Below are positions 19,206-29,558 of a stretch of 32,000 nucleotides of DNA, in pieces. The stretch covers positions 420,001-452,000 of the forward strand of contig JAUWGH010000003.1 in assembly GCA_030606485.1 (NCBI GenBank). The letters are read 5' to 3'. The translations under genes and the position numbers were made by a program. The stretch comes from Promethearchaeota archaeon. GTDB lineage: Archaea > Asgardarchaeota > Lokiarchaeia > Sigyniarchaeales > SOKP01. The notes beneath the pieces are model-generated. The model saw nothing but the letters and a program-made list of their open reading frames with translations. It was not told the DNA's origin and made no database searches. The stretch's first letter is position 1; each line of letters opens with the position of its first letter.

Positions 19206-20807
19206 ATGCAAGTATGTTTAACAGCAGATGAAACAAATATTTTGAGTTCTAAAATTGGATTTTTCATTCCTGGTTTTATTCCCTCCGTCCCAAGGCGCCA
19301 GATTCCTTTGCCACTACGATATCCCGTTGAAAAGTTTCTTTTTAAAAAAATGGATACTAAGCCGCAGTACAATGTAGTCCAAGCTCCTTTAGGATTGAGG
19401 AGAGTTGAAGATGCTTTATTAAATCATGGAATTTCCTGTAAAGTCATCTCTCCTCAAAAAATCGGTAAGCTTTCAGAAGAAGTAGATGTTTTTGGTGTGT
19501 CATCCATGGATCCACTCGGATTAGGTCCTGTGAGTGCTACATTCCGTGGATTATTAAATTTTGATAACAATTTCGAAGAGAATAAACCTTTTACTGAATT
19601 AAAATTTTTAGAATTAATTAAAAAAATTAAACAATATGAGAAACCCATAGTTGTTGGGGGATCTGGAGCGGGACAATTCGAATTGATGCCAGAAAAGCAA
19701 GCGTCATTGGGAATTGATTATGTTATCACGGGTGAAGCTGAACTCATTGCACCTGTGGTTTTTAAAAGGATTATTAATCAGAAGCATGTGCCTAAAATTA
19801 TTCGGGCGAGAATATTACGAAACCCTGAATCTCAAGTTCCTCTCCTCTCCAAACCCACTTATCAAGGCATTATTGAAATTTCTCGAGGTTGCGATAGACA
19901 TTGTAAATTCTGTGATCCAGCTATCCGAAAATTTCATTGGTTTTCAAAAAATCGGATTGTTATAGAGGCGAAAAGAACTGCGCTAGAGAATAATGGTTAC
20001 ATTCGGTTATTAGGCGAGGATATTTTACGTTATGGAAATAAAATTCATGATTGGATTCCTTGCGGGAAATTAATTGAATTAATTAGAGATATTAAAAAAA
20101 TTAAAACTGTTTCTAAAATCGGTCTCTCTCATGCTTGTTTATCAAGTGCATTAGCAAATCCCGAGCAAATTGAAATGTTGCGTGAAGAGTTAGATCTTTC
20201 TCCCGATAATTTTACCTCTCTACAGGTGGGTATTGAAACTGGGTCAGTTCAGAAAATAAAGGAATATATGCCGCTAAAAGCTGCCCCCTTCGAGCCTGAT
20301 GATTGGCATGAGGTGGTCTTAGATGGCTGGAAATTATTATGTAAAAATTATATATATCCAGCAGGAACAATTATAATTGGGTTGGATGATTCTGAAGAAG
20401 ATTTAGAAGATACTATTCATTTGATACAAAAAGTGAGTAGATATCCTGGTATGTTCTTTCCCCTGTTTTTTATGTCGCTGGGACGCTTAAAAAACAAAAA
20501 GATTTCATATCGAACGAACTGGTTTTCCATGCCCAATAAAATGCGAGAACTCTATTTAATTAGTCTAAAGCAACTTTTACGACAAACAGAACATATAGAC
20601 GGACTACTTTTTGGAAGAGAAATACATCACAGGATTCTTAATCAAATTTTAATCGTCTATTTTCAAGGAATATGTGAAATTTTAGAAGATCAAATTAAAA
20701 CTAATGAAATCCGTAATTTGGCTTCCTCGGTAAAGGTTGAATTTAGGAAAACCTTATATTATTTAAGAGATAAAATCCAATCCTCCATCTTATCTTATGG
20801 GTTTTAA
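19206..20807 (+). CDS. Cobalamin-binding-domain radical SAM protein, Grs/Gms-like family
   Basis: EISRGCDRHCKFC (CxxxCxxC) and GIETGS. N-terminal LTADET...APLGLRRVEDALL...MDPLGLGP...IVVGGSGA. Confidence 0.82.
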   Translation: MQVCLTADETNILSSKIGFFIPGFIPSVPRRQIPLPLRYPVEKFLFKKMDTKPQYNVVQAPLGLRRVEDALLNHGISCKVISPQKIGKLSEEVDVFGVSSMDPLGLGPVSATFRGLLNFDNNFEENKPFTELKFLELIKKIKQYEKPIVVGGSGAGQFELMPEKQASLGIDYVITGEAELIAPVVFKRIINQKHVPKIIRARILRNPESQVPLLSKPTYQGIIEISRGCDRHCKFCDPAIRKFHWFSKNRIVIEAKRTALENNGYIRLLGEDILRYGNKIHDWIPCGKLIELIRDIKKIKTVSKIGLSHACLSSALANPEQIEMLREELDLSPDNFTSLQVGIETGSVQKIKEYMPLKAAPFEPDDWHEVVLDGWKLLCKNYIYPAGTIIIGLDDSEEDLEDTIHLIQKVSRYPGMFFPLFFMSLGRLKNKKISYRTNWFSMPNKMRELYLISLKQLLRQTEHIDGLLFGREIHHRILNQILIVYFQGICEILEDQIKTNEIRNLASSVKVEFRKTLYYLRDKIQSSILSYGF

Positions 20808-20950
20808 TGGAATTCTTTTCCCCTCACATATTTTTTAATTATTATTTTATGTTTTCATTTCCAGAAAATTTAATTATATATATTTATTTATTAAATTATC
20901 TGTTCTAGCTAATAGAATTCTTATAAAAATACAACAAGATTGATTAATTT

Positions 20951-22384
20951 ATGAAAATCTTTTTAATTATTTTCGATACTTTAAGAAAAGACCATACGGG
21001 AAAAACTTATGGTAATTCTTGGATAAAAACTCCAAACTTTGATAATTTTGCCAAGGATTCAATTGTCTTTGATAAGGCATATCCAGAATCTTTAGCTACG
21101 ATTCAAGTGCGTAGAGCAATACATACTGGAATACGAACTTTTCCTTTTAATCATAAAAAGCCGGCTCTTCGGACAGATGACATAGTTAAAATCCTAGGAT
21201 GGGACCCCATACCTCCACACCAGACTCATTTAGCAGAATATTTAAAAAAAGATCTATTTATTACTTCATTTATAACGAGTACTTACCATCAATTTAAACC
21301 TAATATGAATTTTCACCTTGGATTTGATCAATGGAATTGGATTAGAGGTCATGAGAATGATAAATTTAGAGCGCGGTTAAGAGAAGGCAATTTTGAACTG
21401 AATCGAAAAGTAAAAGAACATATTTGCAAACATCTTGGAGGCAGGATGCGACAAAGTTCTATATTAAAAAAATATTTTAGTAATGTGCAGGATAGGAAAG
21501 ACAAGAATGATTATTTTCCTGCACAAACTTTTAAACAAGCTATTGAATTTATTAGAGATACAAAAGATTCAAAAAAAGTCCTATGTGTTATCGATGAGTT
21601 TGATCCCCACGAGCCTTGGGACCCTCCTCAGAAATATCTTAACTTATACGTAGATAAGAATTATAATGGAAAAAAAGTAATCCAACCTGCATATAGTGCA
21701 AATTTAAATTATATTACCGATGACGAATTGAAATATATGAGAGCTTGCTATGCGGGTGAGGTTTCTATGTGTGATTATTGGTTTGGATATTTTATTAAAG
21801 AATTAAAAAATATGGAATTGTATGAAGATTCTTTAATTATTTTAATTAGCGATCACGGGCATAGTATAGGTGAGCATAACGCAACAGGTAAAATTCCGAT
21901 GTTTTTATATCCTGAACTTGTAGATATCCCTTTTATGATCAAACCTCCTGGTGGCTTAATTGGTCCAAAAAGAATTAAGAAGTCTTACGTTTATAATCAT
22001 GATATTTTACCAACAATTTTCGGATTTTTAGGGAAAGATAAGCTGGATGCTTTTGAGGGTATTGATCTTTCATTATTTCATAAGGAAAATGATCATGAAA
22101 TTGAAAATCGAGATTATATAACATGCGGATTTAGTGTATATACACTATATAAAGATGATCACTATGCATTAATCACATCTAATGATAAATCTGACCAAAA
22201 ACTATTTGATTTATCAAAAGACCCAGAATGGAATGACAATATAGCAAAAGATAATTCTGATATTTGCAACGAACTTTTTGAAATAATTAATAAAGACGCA
22301 AAAGGTGAACTTTTTTTAGAAATAAAATTAAGATTAGAGGACTTAAAAGATTGGTATGGGCAAAAAAAAATTTCTGACAATTAA
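20951..22384 (+). CDS. Alkaline-phosphatase/sulfatase superfamily hydrolase with Thr at the nucleophile position
   Basis: FDTLRKDH, TIQVRRAIHTG (aligns to CxPxRxxxxTG), FDPHEPWDPP, SDHG, HDILPTI, LFDL..DP. Confidence 0.87.
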   Translation: MKIFLIIFDTLRKDHTGKTYGNSWIKTPNFDNFAKDSIVFDKAYPESLATIQVRRAIHTGIRTFPFNHKKPALRTDDIVKILGWDPIPPHQTHLAEYLKKDLFITSFITSTYHQFKPNMNFHLGFDQWNWIRGHENDKFRARLREGNFELNRKVKEHICKHLGGRMRQSSILKKYFSNVQDRKDKNDYFPAQTFKQAIEFIRDTKDSKKVLCVIDEFDPHEPWDPPQKYLNLYVDKNYNGKKVIQPAYSANLNYITDDELKYMRACYAGEVSMCDYWFGYFIKELKNMELYEDSLIILISDHGHSIGEHNATGKIPMFLYPELVDIPFMIKPPGGLIGPKRIKKSYVYNHDILPTIFGFLGKDKLDAFEGIDLSLFHKENDHEIENRDYITCGFSVYTLYKDDHYALITSNDKSDQKLFDLSKDPEWNDNIAKDNSDICNELFEIINKDAKGELFLEIKLRLEDLKDWYGQKKISDN

Positions 22385-22397
22385 CCTTTACATAATT

Positions 22398-23612
22398 TCA
22401 TTGAAGATATGTTCCAAGTTTAAAAAATTTTTTCAGGCCCCATCTATAGGATCTTATCCCTTGTGTTATATCTATTAATTTGTTTCTCATTAATTTTAAC
22501 ATTAGATGTGTGGGATAATAATTAAAAAAGGTATTTATTGGATTAAAAATAAGCCATCTCAACTTCATTGCATATTTTAACTCCGAATAAATATTCTTAC
22601 TTAATAGACGTAAATAGAGGATGGCAGAATTTTTTAAATTTTTTAAATCTTTTAAATTTTTTAAAATTGCTAAAGACGCATACTCAGCGGTTTTTTGAGT
22701 GTAATAAATTCCTTCTCCCCAAAACGGGTCAGCAATACCAGCTGCATCACCTATTAAGATTATTTTATTTTTATATATAGGGGTAACGTGAAAATTTCCA
22801 TAAGGAATGGGATGTCCTGATACTCTAGAGACGACATCGGGATTTATTTTCAAAGCAGTTATGAATCTATTTAATGTTCTTTTGAAAAGACCTTTATTTT
22901 TTCTATTGAGGCCCCCTACACCCACAATTACCTGATCTTTGTTTGGAAATAACCAATTATATCCATATCTTAAAAATCCAAATGAAATCATAGGATATTT
23001 AAAAAGGCCTTTTTCTAAATTTTTTCTGTCAATAAAACATTCAAGCCCTGTAGCTAAATTATAATTCCATTTGTCTTTACTGATTATTCCATTACGTATA
23101 AATTCTTGCTTTACTATACTATTAGCCCCATCAGCACCGATGATTAATTTTGTTTTAAATTTATCACCTTTCGACAGATTAATTTCACAAGTGTCTAAAT
23201 TTACTTTCTTAACTTCATTACCTTCAATTACATCTACACCTGCTTCCTTTGCTTTATTCAAGAGGAAATTATCATACACTCGCCTATCCACTAAGTAAAA
23301 AGGAAACTTAGAAATATTTATTGACATTATTCTTTTTACTTTATAATTAATTTCAAAACGATTTGTGTGGTAATTTATAATTTTTTTATCCAGAAGAGTT
23401 TCCGTCGTTTCTTTATATAACCTATTTAACAGGTCAAGTGTTTTAAAAGTAATTATGCCTCCACATAGCTTTTGTCGTGGAAAAATATCCTTATCAATTA
23501 TTTGTACATTAAGTCCGAGCTTACTCAATAAATAACCCGCAGTAGATCCACCTGGACCTCCACCAATTATACTAACATCATAATCAAAATTTTGTTGCGA
23601 CATTAAACTCAA
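22398..23612 (-). CDS. Geranylgeranyl reductase-family FAD oxidoreductase
   Basis: IIGGGPGGS, FPRQKLCGG, IIGADG, GYNWLFP (YxWxFP), LIGDAAG..DPFWGEGIYY. Confidence 0.88.
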   Translation of the reverse strand: MSLMSQQNFDYDVSIIGGGPGGSTAGYLLSKLGLNVQIIDKDIFPRQKLCGGIITFKTLDLLNRLYKETTETLLDKKIINYHTNRFEINYKVKRIMSINISKFPFYLVDRRVYDNFLLNKAKEAGVDVIEGNEVKKVNLDTCEINLSKGDKFKTKLIIGADGANSIVKQEFIRNGIISKDKWNYNLATGLECFIDRKNLEKGLFKYPMISFGFLRYGYNWLFPNKDQVIVGVGGLNRKNKGLFKRTLNRFITALKINPDVVSRVSGHPIPYGNFHVTPIYKNKIILIGDAAGIADPFWGEGIYYTQKTAEYASLAILKNLKDLKNLKNSAILYLRLLSKNIYSELKYAMKLRWLIFNPINTFFNYYPTHLMLKLMRNKLIDITQGIRSYRWGLKKFFKLGTYLQ

Positions 23613-23790
23613 CTATTTTTAAGATACGACTTTTATTCCTTAATCTGGAAAGAATTAATATGATCATTAATTAACCAGTTTATCTATATATAATTTTATT
23701 TTTATTAATTCTTACTAATTTGACTTTTATTTGTTTTCATTCAAAATAATTTGGGATTACTTGATTCTTTTAAAAAAAAGTTAAATGAAT

Positions 23791-26449
23791 TTAATTTCTA
23801 ATTAAATCAAATAAAGATCGAATTCTTATGGAATCCCGAATTTCTTGTTTTGAAAGCTTTTTCTCATGATTAATAGGTTTAATGTTACATAACGTAATTA
23901 TTCTTGATTCATTTGATTCCAGAGAGAAAAAATTATCAGAAGCTATGAAATCCACTAAATCAGAATCTATGAATACATAAAAAGCAATGTTTTTGTTTTG
24001 AATTTTTAATTTTGCATTACTTTCACTTAAAGAAACATCTTCAAACTTATATGAAAGCTCAGGATCGAGCAGATTTAACTTTTTTGGAGCATCAAACAAT
24101 CGAAATCCATGAGATATTATCTTTTCTCCATTTTGTATATGTTTTAATTCGAAAAAAACCACATTATTTTGTCTCTTTATCTCGTCTCTATTTATTTCGC
24201 TCACAGTAATAGTTCCTACTTTTAATGAAGTGCATGGTAAAATTTCTGAATTAAATGAACCATGCTTTAGTATCATTACAGTAGAATTCATAATTTTCCA
24301 ATTTAATATAAACTCACAAGAAGTTCTTAAATCATTAGTTATCCAGAACTCGACAGATTCTTTATCTTCTTTAACGCTAGGAAAAACTGGTTGATAAAAC
24401 CTTTTACCAAAATAATGAAGAGCTTTCCATCGAATAAAGTAATCTATCGAGCTCCACGACGCTACAGGCCAGCAATCATTTAATTGCCAATAGAGAGATC
24501 CCATGCAATGAAATTCGTTACGATTGCGACGCCAATGTTCTACTCCATATTCGATTGCCTCTGCTTGGGTGATTTGAGATAAAATGATTTGATTTTCAAA
24601 CTTTTTAGGGATTATAAACCGTTTCTTCATATACTTTAGGATTTTCTTATTTCCGGCTGCATTTTTCTGATGATTTTCCATAATTGGCGAGAATAAATCA
24701 AATTGGTCAGATGGGCAAAAAGAAGATATAGTCTTCATTGATGGAAATGATTCAAATCCAAATTCTGACATAAATCTTGAATTAAATTTACGATAAGCAG
24801 AAAAACGTTTTCCTGCATGCCATACCATCCAATAATGTGAATCACCTCTATCAGGAGAATTTGGTTTTAATAAATCTCTACCCCCCTCTCTAAAAATTCC
24901 TCCATTGGAAGGTGAACTAGGCCAATAATTATGCTGAGGATCATACTCATTAATCAATTCCAGCAGAAGTTTTTCAAATAATTCTATATAATCTTTCTTA
25001 TATTGACGTTGTTTGTTTGAATCTGATTTAAAAATATTCGATAAATATAACTCCATCAACCATTCATTTTCATTATTTCCACACCAAAAAGCCAAACTGG
25101 CATGATTACGTAGACGTTTGATATTTTGTATTGCTTCTTCTTTAAAGTTATCAAGAAATTCGGAAGTATAGGGATAAAGAGCACATGCAAATGGAAAATC
25201 CTGCCAGACCAATAGTCCCAATTCATCACAAAGATCATAAAAAAGATCATCCTCATAGATCCCACCACCCCAAACACGTATCATGTTCATATTTGCCATT
25301 TTTGCACTTTTCAAATTAGCTGAGTAAAGCCCTAATCGTTTTCCCCGGGGAATGAAACTGTCGACTGGAATCCAATTTGCACCCTTTGCAAATATAGGCA
25401 CTCCATTAAGTGAAAAATAAAAGGTCTCCCCCCATCTATCTTCATTTCGAACAAGACGGATTTCACGGATTCCAATTTTGTGCGTTTGTGAATCTATAAT
25501 AACATTATTTTTTTTTATAAATACTTGGATTCCATAAAGATGAGAGTTTCCAAGCTCATAGATCCACCATAACTGGGGATTTTTAATATTTATCTCAAGA
25601 GAAACTGATTTATTCTTAATCTCAACTTCTTGAGATATTTCCTCCCCATCAGGAGATATTAAAATTACATTCGCAAAATATCCATTAACTTCAGTATTTA
25701 CACCTTGGTTAGGATCCTTTAAAAAAATGCTTGTATCCAATTCTATTTGAATCTGTAAATTAACTAATTCAACATTAATATCCTCGATATCTTTTGGATT
25801 TGCAATTTTTAGTGGATCCTTATTGTATGTAAAATTTTGTATAATATAAACGGAATCGATCCTAATTTTATCATATCCAATTAACTCAATAGGTTGCCAT
25901 ATTCCCATATCTGGCAGCTTTGGTCCCCAATCCCAACCAAAAGAATATTGTGCTTTTCTAAGAAATGGAACTCCAGGAATAGCATCAGGAACCTCTTTTA
26001 ATCGATGACCATATTTTTCAATTTCTTCACGAGCTCTCTGTGTTGGACTATGAATAATAACCTTTATTTTGTTTCCAGAGTTTTTTATATAATTTTTCAC
26101 ATCAAATTCATAACTACGGAACATATTATTCGTTGTTCCAATGATATTTATCATTAAGTTCAATTTCCGAAATTGTATCAATCCCATTAAATCGGAGAAT
26201 AATCTTTTCATGCTTTAATATATCATCAAGTACATCGAAAGTAGTTTCATACTGCCAATCTGATTCATATACCCAAGACATTTCATGCTCATGCATCCCA
26301 TAAAATGGATCTACAATAACATTATTTTCAAATAAAGCTTCATACACCGAACCTGGTACTAAAGCAGGGATATTGATCGAACTTGCTTCATTTTTTAGAT
26401 TCCATTCACCATTTAAAGAAATTTTTCCTATTTTTTTCATCGTTGTCAT
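23791..26449 (-). pseudogene. GH2 beta-mannosidase split by a one-base frameshift near 26146-26149 (real pseudogene, recoded gene or assembly error)
   Basis: N-part (26449-26126: LNGEW, VPGSV, DPFYG, LRFNGIDT) continues in another frame (GTTNNMFRSYEFDV, RKAQYSFGWDWGP, KGANWIP, RVWGGG, WCGNNE, SEFGFES, WQLNDCWP). Removing one base gives about 885 aa. Confidence 0.88.
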
Positions 26450-26513
26450 CTTTTTTTGGGAGATATAATTTAAAAAAAAAACATATCTTGTAAATTATTT
26501 ATAAATAATCAAA

Positions 26514-27275
26514 TTACTTAGATAAAAAAAAGTTAGACAAAGTCTTAGATAATATGCGAATTACTTTCAAGCAAAGATTTTTATTTTTAAAACGAATTTC
26601 ATCAGAAAATTCTATTTGAATTGATTTCGAAAAATTATAATTTTCTGCACCATATTTTTGAGTTATATATCCACCAGTTAGAACATATTCTTTTTGCCTT
26701 GGCCATACAGGTGCAGCAAAAATATTATTTTTATGTAATTCTTCAATAATTAAATTTCGTATATTTTTATGATTCTCATTTTTGGGCTGACCTTCAGGAA
26801 ATATTGTTTGTAAATTTTTCGTACCAATTACTATCTCTACATCCATGAAACCAGCAGGTCTCTTAGATTTTTCAAAACCATGAATATCAATTAGATATGA
26901 AATTTTCCAATTTTGATAATTATAAAAAAGTAATTTCTTCAGATTTTCATGAAAATTATTATATATTTTTTTAGATAATTTCGAATCAACAGGGTATGCT
27001 TCGTTAGGCGGTCTATTAAAGTCTATTCGACTTCTATGAACATCTGAAAAGATTAATGAGGGAGTTATTTGGGTTTTAAATTTTTCTTGACTATAGTTTT
27101 TAATTGATTCTTTTAACTTTAATGCAATTTTGATTGTATTTTTATCTATTCCCTTTATTCCCGATTCTCTCTCGTTTAAGATGTCTTCGAATTTATTTGT
27201 ACCCCCATGGGGAATTGATAAGATTAGAGGAACATTTCCTTTTTTACAAATTATAAATATATTTTCATTCATCAT
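26514..27275 (-). CDS. N-formylglutamate amidohydrolase-family protein
   Basis: LILSIPHGG, SRIDFNR, LIDIHG, GGYIT, SIQIEF. Confidence 0.8.
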   Translation of the reverse strand: MMNENIFIICKKGNVPLILSIPHGGTNKFEDILNERESGIKGIDKNTIKIALKLKESIKNYSQEKFKTQITPSLIFSDVHRSRIDFNRPPNEAYPVDSKLSKKIYNNFHENLKKLLFYNYQNWKISYLIDIHGFEKSKRPAGFMDVEIVIGTKNLQTIFPEGQPKNENHKNIRNLIIEELHKNNIFAAPVWPRQKEYVLTGGYITQKYGAENYNFSKSIQIEFSDEIRFKNKNLCLKVIRILSKTLSNFFLSK

Positions 27276-27395
27276 GGAATAATTGATTTTTCAAATAGAA
27301 GTGAGTTATTATCAATTAAAGTTTCTTTAGATAGATATAATTTAGTTCAAAATTTATAAATAAATGAAATTAAAAAATATAAAGTTGATCTGATT

Positions 27396-28511
27396 ATGAT
27401 TATTGGAATTCCAAAAGAAATTAAAGCTGGTGAAGGAAGAGTCAGTTTAACTCCAGCTAATGTTGAAGATTTAGTTCAAATGGGTCATAATGCAAATATA
27501 GAACACGAAGCTGGCAAGATCGCAGGTTTTTCAGATGCAGAATATTTTAAAGCCGGTGGGAAAATTATTGATTCGAAAAAGAAAACATATTCGGAATCAG
27601 AAATAGTTGTGAAAGTAAAGGACCCATTTGCCGAAGAGTTCAATTATTTTAACCCAGGTCCTATTTTATTTTCATTTTTACATTTAGCAGCAAATAGAGA
27701 ATTAACTCAAACATTTGTTAATGGTAAATCTATAACATTAGCATTTGAATCAGTTGAATTAGAAAATGGCCAATTACCAATTTTAATACCAATGTCAGAA
27801 GTTGCAGGAAGAATCGGGGCAATAGTTGGTTCAAATCTATTATCCATAAAAAGTAAAGGTTCTGGAGTATTATTAGGAGGATCATCTGGTGTTCACCCCG
27901 GGTATGTAGTAGTTTTGGGAGGAGGAACTGCTGGTAAGAATGCAGCATTAGTAGCGGCTGGATTAGGAGCTCAAGTGATAATTTTAGAGAAAAATAATAA
28001 AACAATTAGAGATTTAAACGATATTTTACCAAAGGAAATCACTGTAATAAAATCAAATTTGAAAAATTTAAGAGAGTATGTAAAATTAGCCGATCTCTTA
28101 ATAGGAACTGTCCTAATACCCAATGCCAAAGCTCCAAGAATAATTTCTAGAGAAATGGTAAAAAGTATGAGATCTGGTTCAGTAATTGTAGATATTTCTA
28201 TAGATCAAGGTGGGTGCATAGAAACAAGCCGACCAACAAGTCATGATAATCCCACTTTTATTGAAGAAGGAATTACTCATTATTGCGTGACTAATATGCC
28301 GGGAGCATATCCTAGAACTGCAACTGAAGCATTGTCTGAAAATTTATTCCCATATCTAGTTGATTTAATTTCAGATGAAGATATTATCAAAGTATTAAAA
28401 AATAACGCTCCATTGAGAAAAAGTGTTAATACTTTCAAGGGACATGTTGTTTTAAAACCAGTAGCAGATGAATTTGGATATCCATATAAACCAATAGAAG
28501 AACTTTTATGA
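27396..28511 (+). CDS. ald: Alanine dehydrogenase (bacterial-type AlaDH/PNT family)
   Basis: [65 protein letters not shown]. Confidence 0.95.
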   Translation: MIIGIPKEIKAGEGRVSLTPANVEDLVQMGHNANIEHEAGKIAGFSDAEYFKAGGKIIDSKKKTYSESEIVVKVKDPFAEEFNYFNPGPILFSFLHLAANRELTQTFVNGKSITLAFESVELENGQLPILIPMSEVAGRIGAIVGSNLLSIKSKGSGVLLGGSSGVHPGYVVVLGGGTAGKNAALVAAGLGAQVIILEKNNKTIRDLNDILPKEITVIKSNLKNLREYVKLADLLIGTVLIPNAKAPRIISREMVKSMRSGSVIVDISIDQGGCIETSRPTSHDNPTFIEEGITHYCVTNMPGAYPRTATEALSENLFPYLVDLISDEDIIKVLKNNAPLRKSVNTFKGHVVLKPVADEFGYPYKPIEELL

Positions 28512-29435
28512 TAAAATATAACCATTATCTTCTTTTTTTATTATTCCTTTTTGTATAAGACGATCAAAATGATTTTGAATTATAAAATCCTCCGAGATGA
28601 CAAGATAGTTTGCGAATTCTCCTTCATAATTTTTATATACTATACGTTTTTTAATTAAATCCTTAGTAGTTTTAGGAATTTTCTCACTTAAAAGGTTAAG
28701 CACTTTATTATCCCTTTCATAAATAACATTTAAATAGCGTTTTAAAGCATCTGCTATTATTTTTTTTCCGGTAAATAGACCATTATGTCCAGAGATGGCA
28801 TAATCAATATCTAAACTCAAAATTTTTTTAATGGATTCTTCGAACTCGTTTACATTTGCATCTTGACAGAGATACATTGGTCCTAACTTTGATAAATCAA
28901 TATCTGCCAAAAAAATTATTTTACTTTTAGGTTCAAAAAAGCTACAATGCCCAGCAGTATGTCCTGGTGTATGAATTACTCGAACGCTTAAATCATCTCT
29001 TATAGGAATTAAATCATTATCTCGTATTATTTTAATATCATTTAAAGGCTCAATTTTTAAAAACTGCATAATTGGAAAAAATTCTTTTTCGGCTGGTGTT
29101 CCTCTGACCCCATACAAATCTATGAATAAATCTAAATCTCTAAGAGGAGGAATATCCAGATTATGGCAATAATATTCATGTTTTTTAAATAGAGCGCAAC
29201 CTGACACATGGTCTTCATGCCAGTGGCTAAGATAGGTCTTTTGGATCTTAAATTCTCTCTTCAATTTCCTGATTAGTCTATGACCGATTCCATTATCAAA
29301 AAGGATTGCTGAATGACTATTTTTATCTATTTGGACTAATAAAGAGTTGGAATAAGGATATCTCGCTCGATTATTACCATAAACGATAAAGAATTCTGGA
29401 AATTCTTCCAATATTTGAGAACAAAATTGTAGCAT
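28506..29435 (-). CDS. Metallo-beta-lactamase-fold hydrolase with C-terminal helical extension
   Basis: [10 protein letters not shown] (HxHxDH), [13 protein letters not shown]. Convergent 6-bp overlap with ald (TTATGA). Confidence 0.9.
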   Translation of the reverse strand: MLQFCSQILEEFPEFFIVYGNNRARYPYSNSLLVQIDKNSHSAILFDNGIGHRLIRKLKREFKIQKTYLSHWHEDHVSGCALFKKHEYYCHNLDIPPLRDLDLFIDLYGVRGTPAEKEFFPIMQFLKIEPLNDIKIIRDNDLIPIRDDLSVRVIHTPGHTAGHCSFFEPKSKIIFLADIDLSKLGPMYLCQDANVNEFEESIKKILSLDIDYAISGHNGLFTGKKIIADALKRYLNVIYERDNKVLNLLSEKIPKTTKDLIKKRIVYKNYEGEFANYLVISEDFIIQNHFDRLIQKGIIKKEDNGYILS

Positions 29436-29558
29436 ATCTGTTAATCATTAAAAACGATGAGATTTAAAATTTATTAATATTTAATATTATATAATTTCCC
29501 TTTAAAACAAATCTAACATAAAGAAAAAACATTAAAAAATAAATAGAAGATTTAAAAA

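Noticed and set aside
19206-22384. Radical SAM plus sulfatase read as an anSME maturase-sulfatase pair
   Set aside because: The rSAM lacks a Cys-rich SPASM domain and has a cobalamin-type N-terminal domain, and the hydrolase has Thr rather than Cys/Ser at the modification site.
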